Positions 12,001-22,740 of a DNA stretch of 64,000 bases are shown piece by piece. The notes beneath the pieces were generated by a model. The model saw nothing but the letters and a program-made list of their open reading frames with translations, was not told the origin of the DNA and did no database searches. The position numbers and the translations under genes were made by a program. The number at the start of each line of letters is the position of its first letter. Within the stretch, counting starts at the first letter, position 1. Source of the stretch: Vicugna vicugna (lineage: Eukaryota); the NCBI GenBank assembly GCA_013265495.1, contig MU057560.1, forward strand, positions 2,232,909 to 2,296,908, in the 5' to 3' direction.

Positions 12001-14069
12001 GCCCGGCCTCCGCCCTCAGCCCCTCCTGTCCTTCCCGTCTCCAGGGCATCGCTGTGTCCCCTCCTGGCCCCCCAGCCCGTCCTCCTCGCTCCTTTCCCTG
12101 CTCCCAGACTCTCGCCTGGCCCACCCGCGTCCCCGGGCCTCACGGTCCCCGCAGCCCAGCCCTGCCTCCTCCTGGCTCTGGGCGTCTCACCTGCGTCCTG
12201 GCCGGGACTCCTGTCGGTTCTCGGGGCTGTTGGTGGAGCAGTTCCCCTGTTGGGTGGGGCTCCTTGGGGCTTGGCCCACGTCCCATCTGTCCTTCCAGGG
12301 CACAGGAGCCCTGGGCACTGATGGTCACCATGCTGGTTCCCATGGCTCCGGATGGCGCCAGTGCTAACGCCTGCTGCGCTTAGCGGCATGGTCTCGTGGG
12401 TCGCCCTTTCCTGATCACTGTGAGCCCCCGGTAGGGGGTCATCTTGCGGGCCTTGTAGGGGAGCTCTCCATGTCTCACCGTCAGCTCCTGCAGGGTGCCT
12501 CCCCGTCTCCCCATCCACGGCCCCTGCAGGGTCCCTGCCGAAGCTCGGGACTAGCTCAGGAGATGCCCCGCGCAGACCCCTCACGGTCCCCACTCCCGAA
12601 AGGAGAACGCAGAATCCTTCACCAGGCTCGCCAGGACCCCCTCCTCCTGCAACCTGCCCTCCTCCTGCAGGGTGTCCTGAAGCTCTGCCTCCCGGGCCCC
12701 TGTGCTCCTCGCTGACCTGTCCAGCCGGGACCGAATGCCAATAGTAACAGCAGCAGAGCTGCAGGCGTTTATGTGGCGCCGACTGTGTGCGGAGGCTTAT
12801 GCCAGCCTGCTTCACACGCGCGCCTTCCGGCTGCTCTGGCAGGCTCGCAGCCTGGTTTTTCTCATCTGGCAGACAAAGAACCTCAAGCTTAGAGAGTTCG
12901 TATTTCAAAGGAGGGCCGCCCGACCCCTCCCCCGGGCCATCGCGGCTGTGCCTTACGCTCGTCCCGCTGCTCAGAACCCACGGCTGTAAACCCCCTGCAG
13001 CGGGAAAGCGGGTCCCACAGCCCTGCACCCTGTCCTGTACGCGTGGAGCCAAGGGGTGATGAGCTAATTCAAGTGCGGGTTGTCTTCATGGTTGGTGGTG
13101 CCGGGCCACCGACAGTGCCAAGCAGGCCGTGCAGGGCCCGGGAGAGCAAGCACACAGGCCGCGGTGCGGACGGCGCTCCCCGGGCCGTGGACCAGGCTGG
13201 TGGCAGCAGCCCTGGGCCGTGGAGTTGATGGACGCAGGGAGGAAGCACTGACACCAGGCCTCCGTGCTCGGGGGGGCTCCAAGTACTGTCCCGAGGCTGT
13301 GGTTTCGTCTCCTGCATTCTGTGCCTCCGCCCCTCTGACGACAGAGCGCCTGGGCCTCTGGCCTCTCCTGTGGGTGAGACCCTAGTGTTAATGAGAGGCA
13401 TCAAAGGTCCAGACGCTTCGTTTGTTGAGGGTTTGCTTTCTGCCCCTGCAGAGTGGATGACGTCTGTGTGGTCCAGAAGGAGTCAGTTTCCTTGTGGTTT
13501 GACAGGCGTCGCAGCTGGCAGTGCCCTGCCACCTGCCCCCACCCACTGAGGGGCGTCCCCGCCACCTAGGACAGAGGGCTTTGTCCATGTGCCGTGGCGC
13601 TCTGTGAGGGACGTGGTATTTCAGACATCTTTTTCATAGAATTATCTGTTATTTGCATTGATTAGATTTTGCTTTTCTTTGAGAAAATGTTCATCATCAT
13701 CCACCACTCCTTCTGAGTGAAGCAATAATTAGAAGCACAGAATAAACCCGGCCCCTCCAGCGGTGTTTCCGTGCCCCCAGGATTCGGGATTGGTTCCTCA
13801 GCGGTCTGGCTCTGCTGCGCGGTGCGGCGTGCGGCGTGTCGGGAGCTCATCAAAGGCCTTCGGTCAACACGCTCCGTTCCAGCTCCGAGCCCCTGGGTGC
13901 AATGCGGTGGCCAGCGCAGGAGGCGTGAGAGGCGTAGGGGCGCCTGCCAGCCCCGAAGCCTCCCTGGAGGATTAAATTCTATCACACTTGAACTGTAGTT
14001 ACCATCATCAAATAATAACGCCTTCTATCAACTTTTATGTTTTGGTGTTTCAAACCCTTCTGTTTCAAG

Positions 14070-14112
14070 AAGGTCGTAGAATTTCTTAATAGAGAAAGAC
14101 CCAAGAGCATGT
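14070..14112 (+). other. Candidate small exon
   Basis: Acceptor ccttctgtttcaag, donor TGT|GTGAGT; reads KVVEFLNRERPKSM. Splice signals only. Confidence 0.15.
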
Positions 14113-16536
14113 GTGAGTGGAACCCCCAGGTTACCAGCAATACTTTAAAAGCTGTAACTTTTCGGGAAAGACTGAAAACCATGAGGACTTCACAGCATGA
14201 CTTCCCCGCTCTCTTTATTTCTAAATGCTTCCAGGGGATGTCTCGTGGTCAGTATGAATCTCTTATTTCTTTATATTTGTTTAACTCCAAAAAGGAAGCA
14301 AGGTGGCTTACAGTGTCAGGTCACATGTGAAGTAGTGACCAGTGTAATAAGTGAATAATAGTGAATAGTACGTTAATAATCCCAAGAATGAGGAGTGAAA
14401 ATATCCTTCAGGGTTTGAGGAAGATGCTAAACTTGGATGCTTAATTTGCTCTCAACTTTGCAACGGCCAGAGGAGAAGGAAAGAAGGAGAGACATGTGAT
14501 GAAAGAGAAAGGATGAGAGAGGCTGAATGGCCTGGAAGAGGAGAGTGAGGGAGAGAGGGAGGAGGAAGAGGGTGACACTGAGACGCGGGCGTCCCGCTGC
14601 CCGACCCGTGTGGTTTCACGGAGGGAACAGGTGCGGTGGGACGCTCATTCCCGGAGCACAGCTCTTAAATGACGGACACGGATTAGTATCGGAGAGGATG
14701 CCATCAACCACGGCTGAAGTCAGCGGGGTTTGGTGAGCGGGCTGGACCAGAGGGCGAGAGAGACGGAGGCCAAATCTGCCTTTCGACTTGGTTCGTACGG
14801 ACGCGGGTCCTCGCGCCCTCCGCCTGCCCCTTGGCCCTGGGATGCGGCTCGGCTGACGTGAGCCTGGGTGGCCCGGCCTTCCCCGGGCCCTCACCCCGCT
14901 TCTGTCCCCGCCTCCTGTCCTGGGAGTCTTCCCTGCCCTGGTTCCCGTTGCGTGTCCGATGACAGGTGGCCTCGCTGGTCCGCTGTTCGGTTTGATGTCT
15001 GCAGTGAGGAGCCTTAGCTCAGCTCTGTGTCGGGCGCAAGGCCACGGGCTTTATACCCGCGACTGTAGTTAACCTCACAGTGGAGGCTTGTGCAAGGTGG
15101 GGAGACTGGGCTCACGTGTCTGAAGAGAGCTCTGGGAACAGTGTGACTGAGGGTTTGGAAAAGGGAACTCTCAAGGTGAGGAACGGCGCTGCTGCTCCAG
15201 CGTCTTTCCCAGCAGGTTGCACCGAGATCGAGAGGCTTTGGTGTCAGCGGACCGTGGAGACCAGGTCCTCCCGCCGCATCCACTTGGAAGACGCGGAGGC
15301 TCGGGGGTCCTGGGGACGTCCAGAGGGGCTCCCCCTGCTGGTGACAGTGGAGTCGGAAGCAGACTGACATCTCAAGTTAAAAAATTTAGCTCTTTTCCAT
15401 GCATGGGCAGACGCAAGGGTCTGGGCTCATTGACATCGCTCCTCTGATCCGCGCCCGAGCTGTCTGGGCCAGTGTCTGCGCTTCCCGTCTGAGTCCCCTC
15501 CAGAGGCGCCGCTGGGCGGCTGCAACGTGATGACTTGATGGCAGCAACATCCTTTGTTTACTTATGCGGCCCGCAGTGCTTTTCACCCACAGAACCGTTC
15601 GTTTCTTCTTCGTTGGCCGTGGCCGATTCAGGTCTGTGTCTGCGGTTTCCCAGGGAGAACATGCTGCTGCGTCTGCAACGTCCGGCCCGGGGCGCCGGGG
15701 CCCCTGGCTGCTGTGGGTCAGGGCTGGGTCTCCCCCGGCAGCTGCCCTTCGGGGGCTTCACCAGCTGTGCTCAGGCGGGCTTCCGGCCTCAGCTGCTGAT
15801 GGCGTCACCAGGTCAGGCCCTGGTTCTCTGTTGTATCTCGGCCCTCGCAGAGCAGCAGCACCCGAAGCACGTTTTCCAAAACAGAATGTCGACAAACAGT
15901 GGTTTGTATGAGGGTTCGCTTAGCCCTTGAAGGTAGAGAAGTAGAGATATAAACCATTTTTTAAAAAGTCTAATTTCTGACCTGGCAGTTCCCCTTTAAA
16001 TACTTTATGACTTTTTAAAATCGCTTTCAATGTCCCCAAGAAAAATGACCCCTACAGTGACAAACGGCTTGTTTGCCTTGGGATCCAACTGTGCTGATAG
16101 TTAACTAATGAAAGAGTCTGGGTTGCTCTCAGAAAGCCTTGGGAAAAGGCACTGTCCTCTAAAGCAATTATCCTTTCCTTCCCCGCCTCACATCACCAGC
16201 GTGACCACTGCAGGACATCACATCCTCCTCTGTCATTTCTTCACCCCGTTCTTTTCTGGGATTTGAATATCGCCGGCCCGTTTGCCCACAGAGAGCGGAC
16301 ACACCCCAGGAAACAGGCAGGTGGAGCCCAGGGCACAGGAACCCGGGTGGGGTAAGGGTCCCCTCCCTGGAGGGCTTCTTTAGGAAAAGAGAGAGCCGCT
16401 TTGCAGAGGATTTCCAACCTTCTTTAAACTGACTTCACGCCGCATCTGGCTTGTCCTCCGCGACGAGGGCCCCGGACGTGGGCCGTGTGTCACACGCGCA
16501 GACTGCCTGTCCTCTTCCTTGCCCGCCTCTCACCTT

Positions 16537-17072
16537 TGTTGCAGGAAAATGGTCACGAGAGGAAGGCTGTGTCCCAGGTCTCGGGCGAGTCCCCGGGATG
16601 CACCCCGCCAAGTGAGGGTCCTTGGTTTCGCGTGGGAAAGAATGCAAGAGTGAACCACAGTTGAGCACAGGTAGATTTATTCGGGGAGATGCACACTTCA
16701 TAGACAGTGTGGTCCATCTCAGAAGGGGGAGTGGCCTTGGGGTGCAGGGGTGGGTAGTTTCCATGGGCTGGGCAATTTTGTATGCTAACAAGGGGGAGGA
16801 TTTTTCCAACTGTTTTGGGGAGAGGGCGAGGATTTCCAGGACCTGGGCCACCACTCACTTTTTGGCCTTTTACGGTCAGCCTTGGAGCTGACCTGGGGAG
16901 TGGCATTCACCATGCTGATAAATTGTAACGACTGTATGATGGGCTCAAGACCGGCTGGAAGTCAAATCTTCTGCCGTCTCGGGCCTGGTTGGTCCTGACC
17001 AGTTCACGTCCTGTCCTCAACGGCTGCGCCAGTCTTTCAGCGGGTGTGCCCTGCCCCCTCCCTCCTGTCTCA
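16537..17072 (-). mobile_element. Solo ERV (probably ERV1-class) LTR, 536 bp
   Basis: TG...CA termini; 4-bp flanks cctt / cttt (3/4 match); minus-strand AATAAA at 16676-16681 with a TATA-like agcatacaaaa about 100 bp upstream of it. Confidence 0.8.
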
Positions 17073-17524
17073 CTTTCCTGGGCAGAGTTCATACTCTATT
17101 TTCTTTCCTAAAAGGAAAAACAGAAAGAGTGTCCCCCAACACAGGTGGTGAGAAAGAACACAGGGACAGAAGCCCTGGGCCCAACGGAAGCCTTTCAGCC
17201 ACCGGCTCTCCTTCTTGCCCATTCAAGTACTTTAGCACATCCATGTCCAGCCAGTGGAGCTCCCTGGGGAGCAGGCTTGTGGTTATTTGTGTTGTTGCTT
17301 CTCTCTGCGATACCCGCCCCCCCCATACACGCTGTAAACAGAGGAGAACAGAGAGGGCTCTCGGCAGCCGGCTCTACAAGGACTAAGCAAGCCGTGGCCG
17401 CTGAAGTCGCCGGCCAACAGGCGCCCTGAGAGGAGCTTAGCGCGAAAACAGGACGAGGCTCTCTGTGCTCTGGACAAGCAGGTTGGATGTCCATCTCAGG
17501 AAGGGTTTTAAAAAATTCTTTGCA

Positions 17525-17639
17525 GGGGAGGTAATTAGGTTTATTTACTTATTCATTTTTACTGGAGGTGCTGGGGATTGAACCCGGGACCTTGTGCGTG
17601 CTAGGCATGGGCTCTGCCGCTGAGCTGCGCCCTCCTCCC
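17525..17639 (-). mobile_element. tRNA-derived SINE, camelid Vic-1-like
   Basis: Reverse complement has A box (cagctcagcgg), B box (ggttcaatccc) and an A-rich tail ending cctaattacctcccc. Confidence 0.85.
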
Positions 17640-19516
17640 AGGAACAATTTTAATGATCCCGTATTCTTGCATCGTCCCCCATGTGGAAAAGCACTGAGTC
17701 ATCAGCTTGACAGGTCTGTTCTCTGTGACGGGCAGCGGCGCTGCGCCGAGATGCGCACTGCTGCACGTCGTCCCGAGCCCACGACCGGACGCGAAAGGCC
17801 TTCTCCCTGTGCCTCTCGGGAGATGCCCTCAGAGCCACTGAGCGGGTGTCTCCCGGGCTCTAGTCCCCAGCAAGGCCCTCACTGGACTTAAAGTCACAGC
17901 TCTCATGTTGTGCACTTTTCTTTAACCAACAGCACCTCCTCCACCAGCACACAGGACCACCTCCCTCTGAGGGCAAGGAAGGTCAAGAGGCCCTGGAGTC
18001 GGCCGGCTGGTCTGGGGAGCTGTGGACGCTGCCCCCTGGTCTCCACCCTCCCACCTGTGGCAGCAAGAGTGGGTGGAGAGGATCTAGGCTGCCTGGCTGC
18101 CACCATTGTCCCCTCCACCTCGAGGCCAAGAAGTCACTCCCTCTCTCTGTTCTCGCCTCCACTGCCAAGCCTACATGGGGCAAATAGTGGAGACTTGAGC
18201 ATCTTGAGAATTCGTAACTTATTCACTAGTGGGATGGTCTCCATTTCCCCACTGCCCTACTGTGTGTCCTCCCCACTCAGCTCCTTGCTGGGGGCAGCCT
18301 GGAAGGGCTGGACCGTCTGGCCCCCCACCCTTGACCTCCAGGGGACAGGGTGCCCAGCAAGGGGAGGTTGGCAGTCAGGTGTCATCCCAGCTCCTTCCCA
18401 GCCAGGGGGCCATGGAGGGCGGCAGCTCTCACCAACAACAGCCCCCTCCCCTTGCCCCCAGGGCTTAGAGACCACTGTCCCCAGCCCCGGCTGCTTCCTC
18501 ATCCCACTTCATTTCCTTTAAGCCCATCCACACCGTTACGGATAGTGCCTTTGATAGTGTCCTTTGAGTCGCCCCTGTGGGATGAGCGCCCCCCGCTGGG
18601 ACCCCGGCCAGCGTAGTTGGCGACGTGCCAGGTGTCGTTCGCCGTTCTTCAGGAGATGCCCATTCTTACCCCCTTGAGAGAGGGATTTAGGAGGTCAGCG
18701 AGGAAACTGTCCTCTCCTGGGCGGCCAGACTCACCAGGTGAGGTGGCCACTCCCTTCTGGGCTTGAAGCACTAAATTCTCTGGTCCTGGGAGCTGCTCCG
18801 TCTCATCCTGAGCAGGTGCCGGGACTGACTGTCGGCAATGTAAGAAGTGAGGCAGCGAAGGGGCTGACGGGCCAGAGTGGATCGGAAACGCCAATGCATG
18901 TGCTTCCGTGGGCCATCCGCATGCACCGCCCACCGAGTCCACTGCACTGTCCTAACTGACCAAGCCTGCCGTCCTCTCTGGGCTGGGCGCCTCCCGCAGC
19001 GAGAGTTGAGTGTAACTCCTCTGTGCCCTCCAATGACCATTGAGGAACCTGGCTGTGGATTGGCACCTAGGAAATGCCTGCAGATAGAATGTCCAAGAGT
19101 CTAGGAGACGCCAACACCAAATCTTACTTCTTGCAGGGCAGACCCCACAAAGGAACATTCAGATGCTGCTGGAGCCACAGAGACACAGGTTTTAATTGAC
19201 TAGGGGTACTCTGCCGGATTCAGAAAGAAAACTGTACTTTTCTCTTTGAAACCAGTTTTCCAGTATAAATGGCAGTGGAAGTAACAAAGTAAAATACTAG
19301 TCACTGCCTTTAAACGTTCCGTAGAAACTAAACCGTTAAAACCTGGAGGTTGCCAAAAATGTGAAGTTCTTCCAAGTGTGTCATATTTGTCAAGCCATGT
19401 GTTGAGATGTGAACACACTGCCTGTTATATTAAAGGAAAACAACTGTGTAAAATGAGCATGAAAGTTCTCCTATTGTTTGTGATCATGAGTAATGTGATT
19501 TATATTTTCATTTCAG

Positions 19517-19885
19517 ATACCTCAAATCCATATATGATTATCACAAACCATAATTCACCACGTTCCAAATCAAAAAGCCTGTCATTTCCTATTTTGCAAG
19601 CCCCACATCTTTAATTTGGGATTGCTGTGTGAACGGCTCTGCTGAGATGAAATTTTAAGTTTTAATATCTTTTTCATTGGATGAAATGAGGAGCATTTTT
19701 GAATCCTTTGCCCATTAATAAGTGGTATTTCACTCCTGTTGAGAAAAGCAAGGTGTACACATACATTTTCATTTAGAAAACTCATGCCAATATTGTAAGA
19801 ACTGAAGTTAGGATAAACAGAATTTAGAAAAGTGAAGGGAAGAAGTAAGGGAGTTAGGGTGGGAAATAAAAACACATGGTGACAT
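19517..19885 (+). other. Candidate terminal exon
   Basis: Strong acceptor ttatattttcatttcag (AG at 19515-19516), short open frame to TAA at 19614, AT-rich UTR-like stretch, AATAAA at 19865-19870. Confidence 0.2.
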
Positions 19886-20079
19886 CATCATCATTACCGT
19901 CATGGTCACTACCCTTATCATCATCATCACATCACCACCATCACCACCATCACCATTATCATCACCATCACCATCACCACCATCACCACATCACCATCAT
20001 CATCACCATCACCATCACCACCATCACCACATCACCATCATCATCACGTCATCACCATCACCTCCACCACCATCATCAT
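19883..20079. repeat. (CAT/CAC)n imperfect trinucleotide repeat
   Basis: Seen directly; abuts the 3' tail of the adjacent MIR. Confidence 0.95.
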
Positions 20080-20089
20080 GACCTGGTAA

Positions 20090-20300
20090 TGATAACACTC
20101 AGCGCTCACTGACCCCTTACTCTGTGGCAGGCACTGTTGGGTGTGTTTCACGTGTTGTATCTGTTTTGCTCTAACCTCCTGAGGCAGGTAGATTCTTGTC
20201 CCTATTTTACAGATGAGGGATGGGAAGCATAAACAGGGAAATTGCATAAACTGGCCAAAGTCTGTCACCTAGCAAGTGGTGGAGCCGGGGTTCAAACGCA
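20090..20300 (-). mobile_element. MIR SINE
   Basis: Core ccctattttacagatgagg...ggccaaagtc..cacctagcaagtggtggagccggggttcaaac. Confidence 0.85.
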
Positions 20301-22329
20301 GCAGTGTTGTACCCACAGTGGCCCAGCTGTGCCAGCGTGTGCAGTGTGAGTGTGCACGTGCTGGACCTCCTTGTAGAACACCGCACAGCAGGCGGGCCGG
20401 CCGGGTGTGAACAGCACAGCAAGTAACCAGGACGACTTGGGAGCATCCACTGTTCGTATCTTTTCTCTGTGTGACTTCCCTTCTTTGAACAATCTTGTTC
20501 TGCTCAGACGCTGGCTTGGCCACTGCCTTAGCTGATTTTCCTTGGGACTGAGCGTCTGGATGTCCACAGATGCACAGATGCTGTGAGCTTCTGCTGGCAG
20601 CGACCTTTCCTCTGGACCCCGGCCGTTGCTGTACGCATGTGCCAGGTTAGCTGGCTGGAGGGATGTGAGGGGTGGGCGGAGGAAAGCTAAGTCCTCTGGG
20701 CGGAGCTGTCCCAGACCAGACAGGGGCAGGCGGGATCTCAGGGCATGGGCTTTGCAGCCCAGAACCGCAGAGCTGCCCGGCAGACGCGTGGACCGTGCGT
20801 GCTGACGGATGGAAGTTGTTTAGAGCCCCGAGTCTGGGGTGGTTTGCCCACAGAACTAGCACTGTCACGGCGGTGGATGACCAGTACAACAGATAACTGG
20901 TGTTGAGCCCTTACAACAAAGGCGGGGCGCCCCCTGCTGCAGGAGAGTTGTGGGGGTTTGTGGGCATGAGCACCTGCAGGGGGCCTCTGAGCCTCTGCCG
21001 CCCCTCCGCCCTGGGCTGCCTTCCCACCCTGGGAAAACCTCCTTCCTCTTTCTCCTCACTCTGCAGCCTCTTCAGCCCGATGCCCGACGTTTATTATCTG
21101 TCCAGACATTTGTTAGGTTTTCAGCAAGGGCATGAACGGCAGGCACAGAGAGGCTGGGAGAGACAGTGTGGTGGGGAAGGCGCTCCCTGCAGGAGGATGC
21201 ACTGCACCGTTCTTCCCTGTGGAGGGTGCGCCGTTCTCCCCTGCGCAGGGCTGACGTTAGCTGCAGCCCGGGTTTCCTGCGGTGCTGTGGCGCTCAGGTG
21301 TGGTGGAATACCTAACGGGAGAGATGTCACCGGACAGCCCTCCACTCGAGCTGTTGAAGAGCAGGCGGAACACCTTGGGGTTTGGCTGTCTGTTCAGCCC
21401 CTCCAGCCTGGGACTCCTCGCAGCACCTGGGCTCCCCAGGTGTCCTCCTTCCTGGCTCCTCCCAGCACCTGGGCTCCCCAGAGGTCCACCCTGCCTGGAC
21501 CCTGCTCAGACTGGCTCTTCCCATAGACCTCAGGGAGCAGAAGGGGTGAGGCGGACGTGGAGCAGCACTGTGGCTCCGTTGGTCTCACCTGTGATCCTCA
21601 GAGAGACAGCCTCAGCGATCCTGTTTCCTCCTAGAGCACAGGGCGCCCTCACCGTCTCTCGGTGGTAACGAGGAACTGAGTCAGATAAAGCAGCGCCCGC
21701 CTCATCCCGCACCCGCCTCACGGTCGGCACTCAGCAGTGGGAGTTACCACTGTTGTCTTACTAAGAAAAATGCAAAGGAAGACGTCCTTGAGTGTGACTG
21801 GTTTGCCGGTGTTTTGGGGGTTTCCCCTCTGCTGCCCTCTGTCAAAGGCTCACGGTGCCCCCATCACAGCAGTCTGAGCTGCATGCTGCAGGGGCCCCAT
21901 GGAAGAGGACACGCGGGGTGTAATGACCAGGACAGGGGCCAAGCTGGTGAGGGGCGCAGAGGCCGGAACCCAGCCCCGCCCCGGCTTGGGCTGAGGCCGC
22001 CGTGCGGACCGGGGTCCTGGCCGAGCGTCTCAGGACTCCGCCTCCCTCTGCCCGCCTTGCCCCTGCTTTTGTCCATCGCCGTTTCCTTGGTTGTAAGTTC
22101 TGGCATGTGAGACTCCGTCAGTTACAGAATCGATTACACCGGCTGACAGAGGGAAGAGGCAGGGCGGTTCCCGCCGAAACGACCTTTATGTGAAGATGGG
22201 ACGTTTACCTTGAAAAATGGAGGCTATTCTGAAATCCTCCTGTTGAACCATCAGAACCCTCCCTCGGGACATCCTCACTATTTCATCCCCCAGGACACGG
22301 TCGCCCTGTTGGTCCTTGCTGGTTTCTGG

Positions 22330-22740
22330 GGCCCCGTGAGGGATGGTTTGACCCCAGCTGCTCATCTTCCAGGCGCTGGCGTCCCGCAGGACACAGATCT
22401 TCCTGACAGGCTCGGGTGTGTGGCTTATTTGCAGCCTGGAGCATCCGCCAAGTTATCCGTCTCACCTGAGTTCAGAAAAACCCGGGCGTCTGAGGACGGC
22501 GGGCTTCAGGCCCAGCTCCCCCCCGGCCCTCCCCCCCGGGCCCACCTCTGCAGGGCTTCAGTCTGGAATGGTTTCTCCATGTGGCTTGAGATGGCTACCA
22601 GCTGCCCAGCCTCCCCCAGGGACAGGGAGCAGCTTTGCACGTCAGTTCTGGCCGAAGTCAGAGGAGGCTCTGCTTGGCCTGGTCTGGGTCACAAGCCAGG
22701 GGAGACCAACAGCCGTTGCGGGGCAGGTCAGGGGGAGCTG
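22330..22740. mobile_element. Degraded MLT1-like (MaLR) LTR
   Basis: aagatggc/ggctctgcttggcctggtctgggtcac-type segments; boundaries uncertain. Confidence 0.35.

Noticed and set aside
11829..13052. Longest ORF (407 aa, minus strand)
   Set aside because: GC-rich composition, non-ATG start, no domain and several overlapping ORFs; consistent with stop-codon scarcity.
19876..20112. Poly-His protein ORF
   Set aside because: Translation of a (CAT/CAC)n microsatellite at a MIR tail, with frame slips.
21421..21481. 19-bp direct repeat cagcacctgggctccccag as a TSD
   Set aside because: Only 23 bp lie between the copies; best read as a small local duplication.
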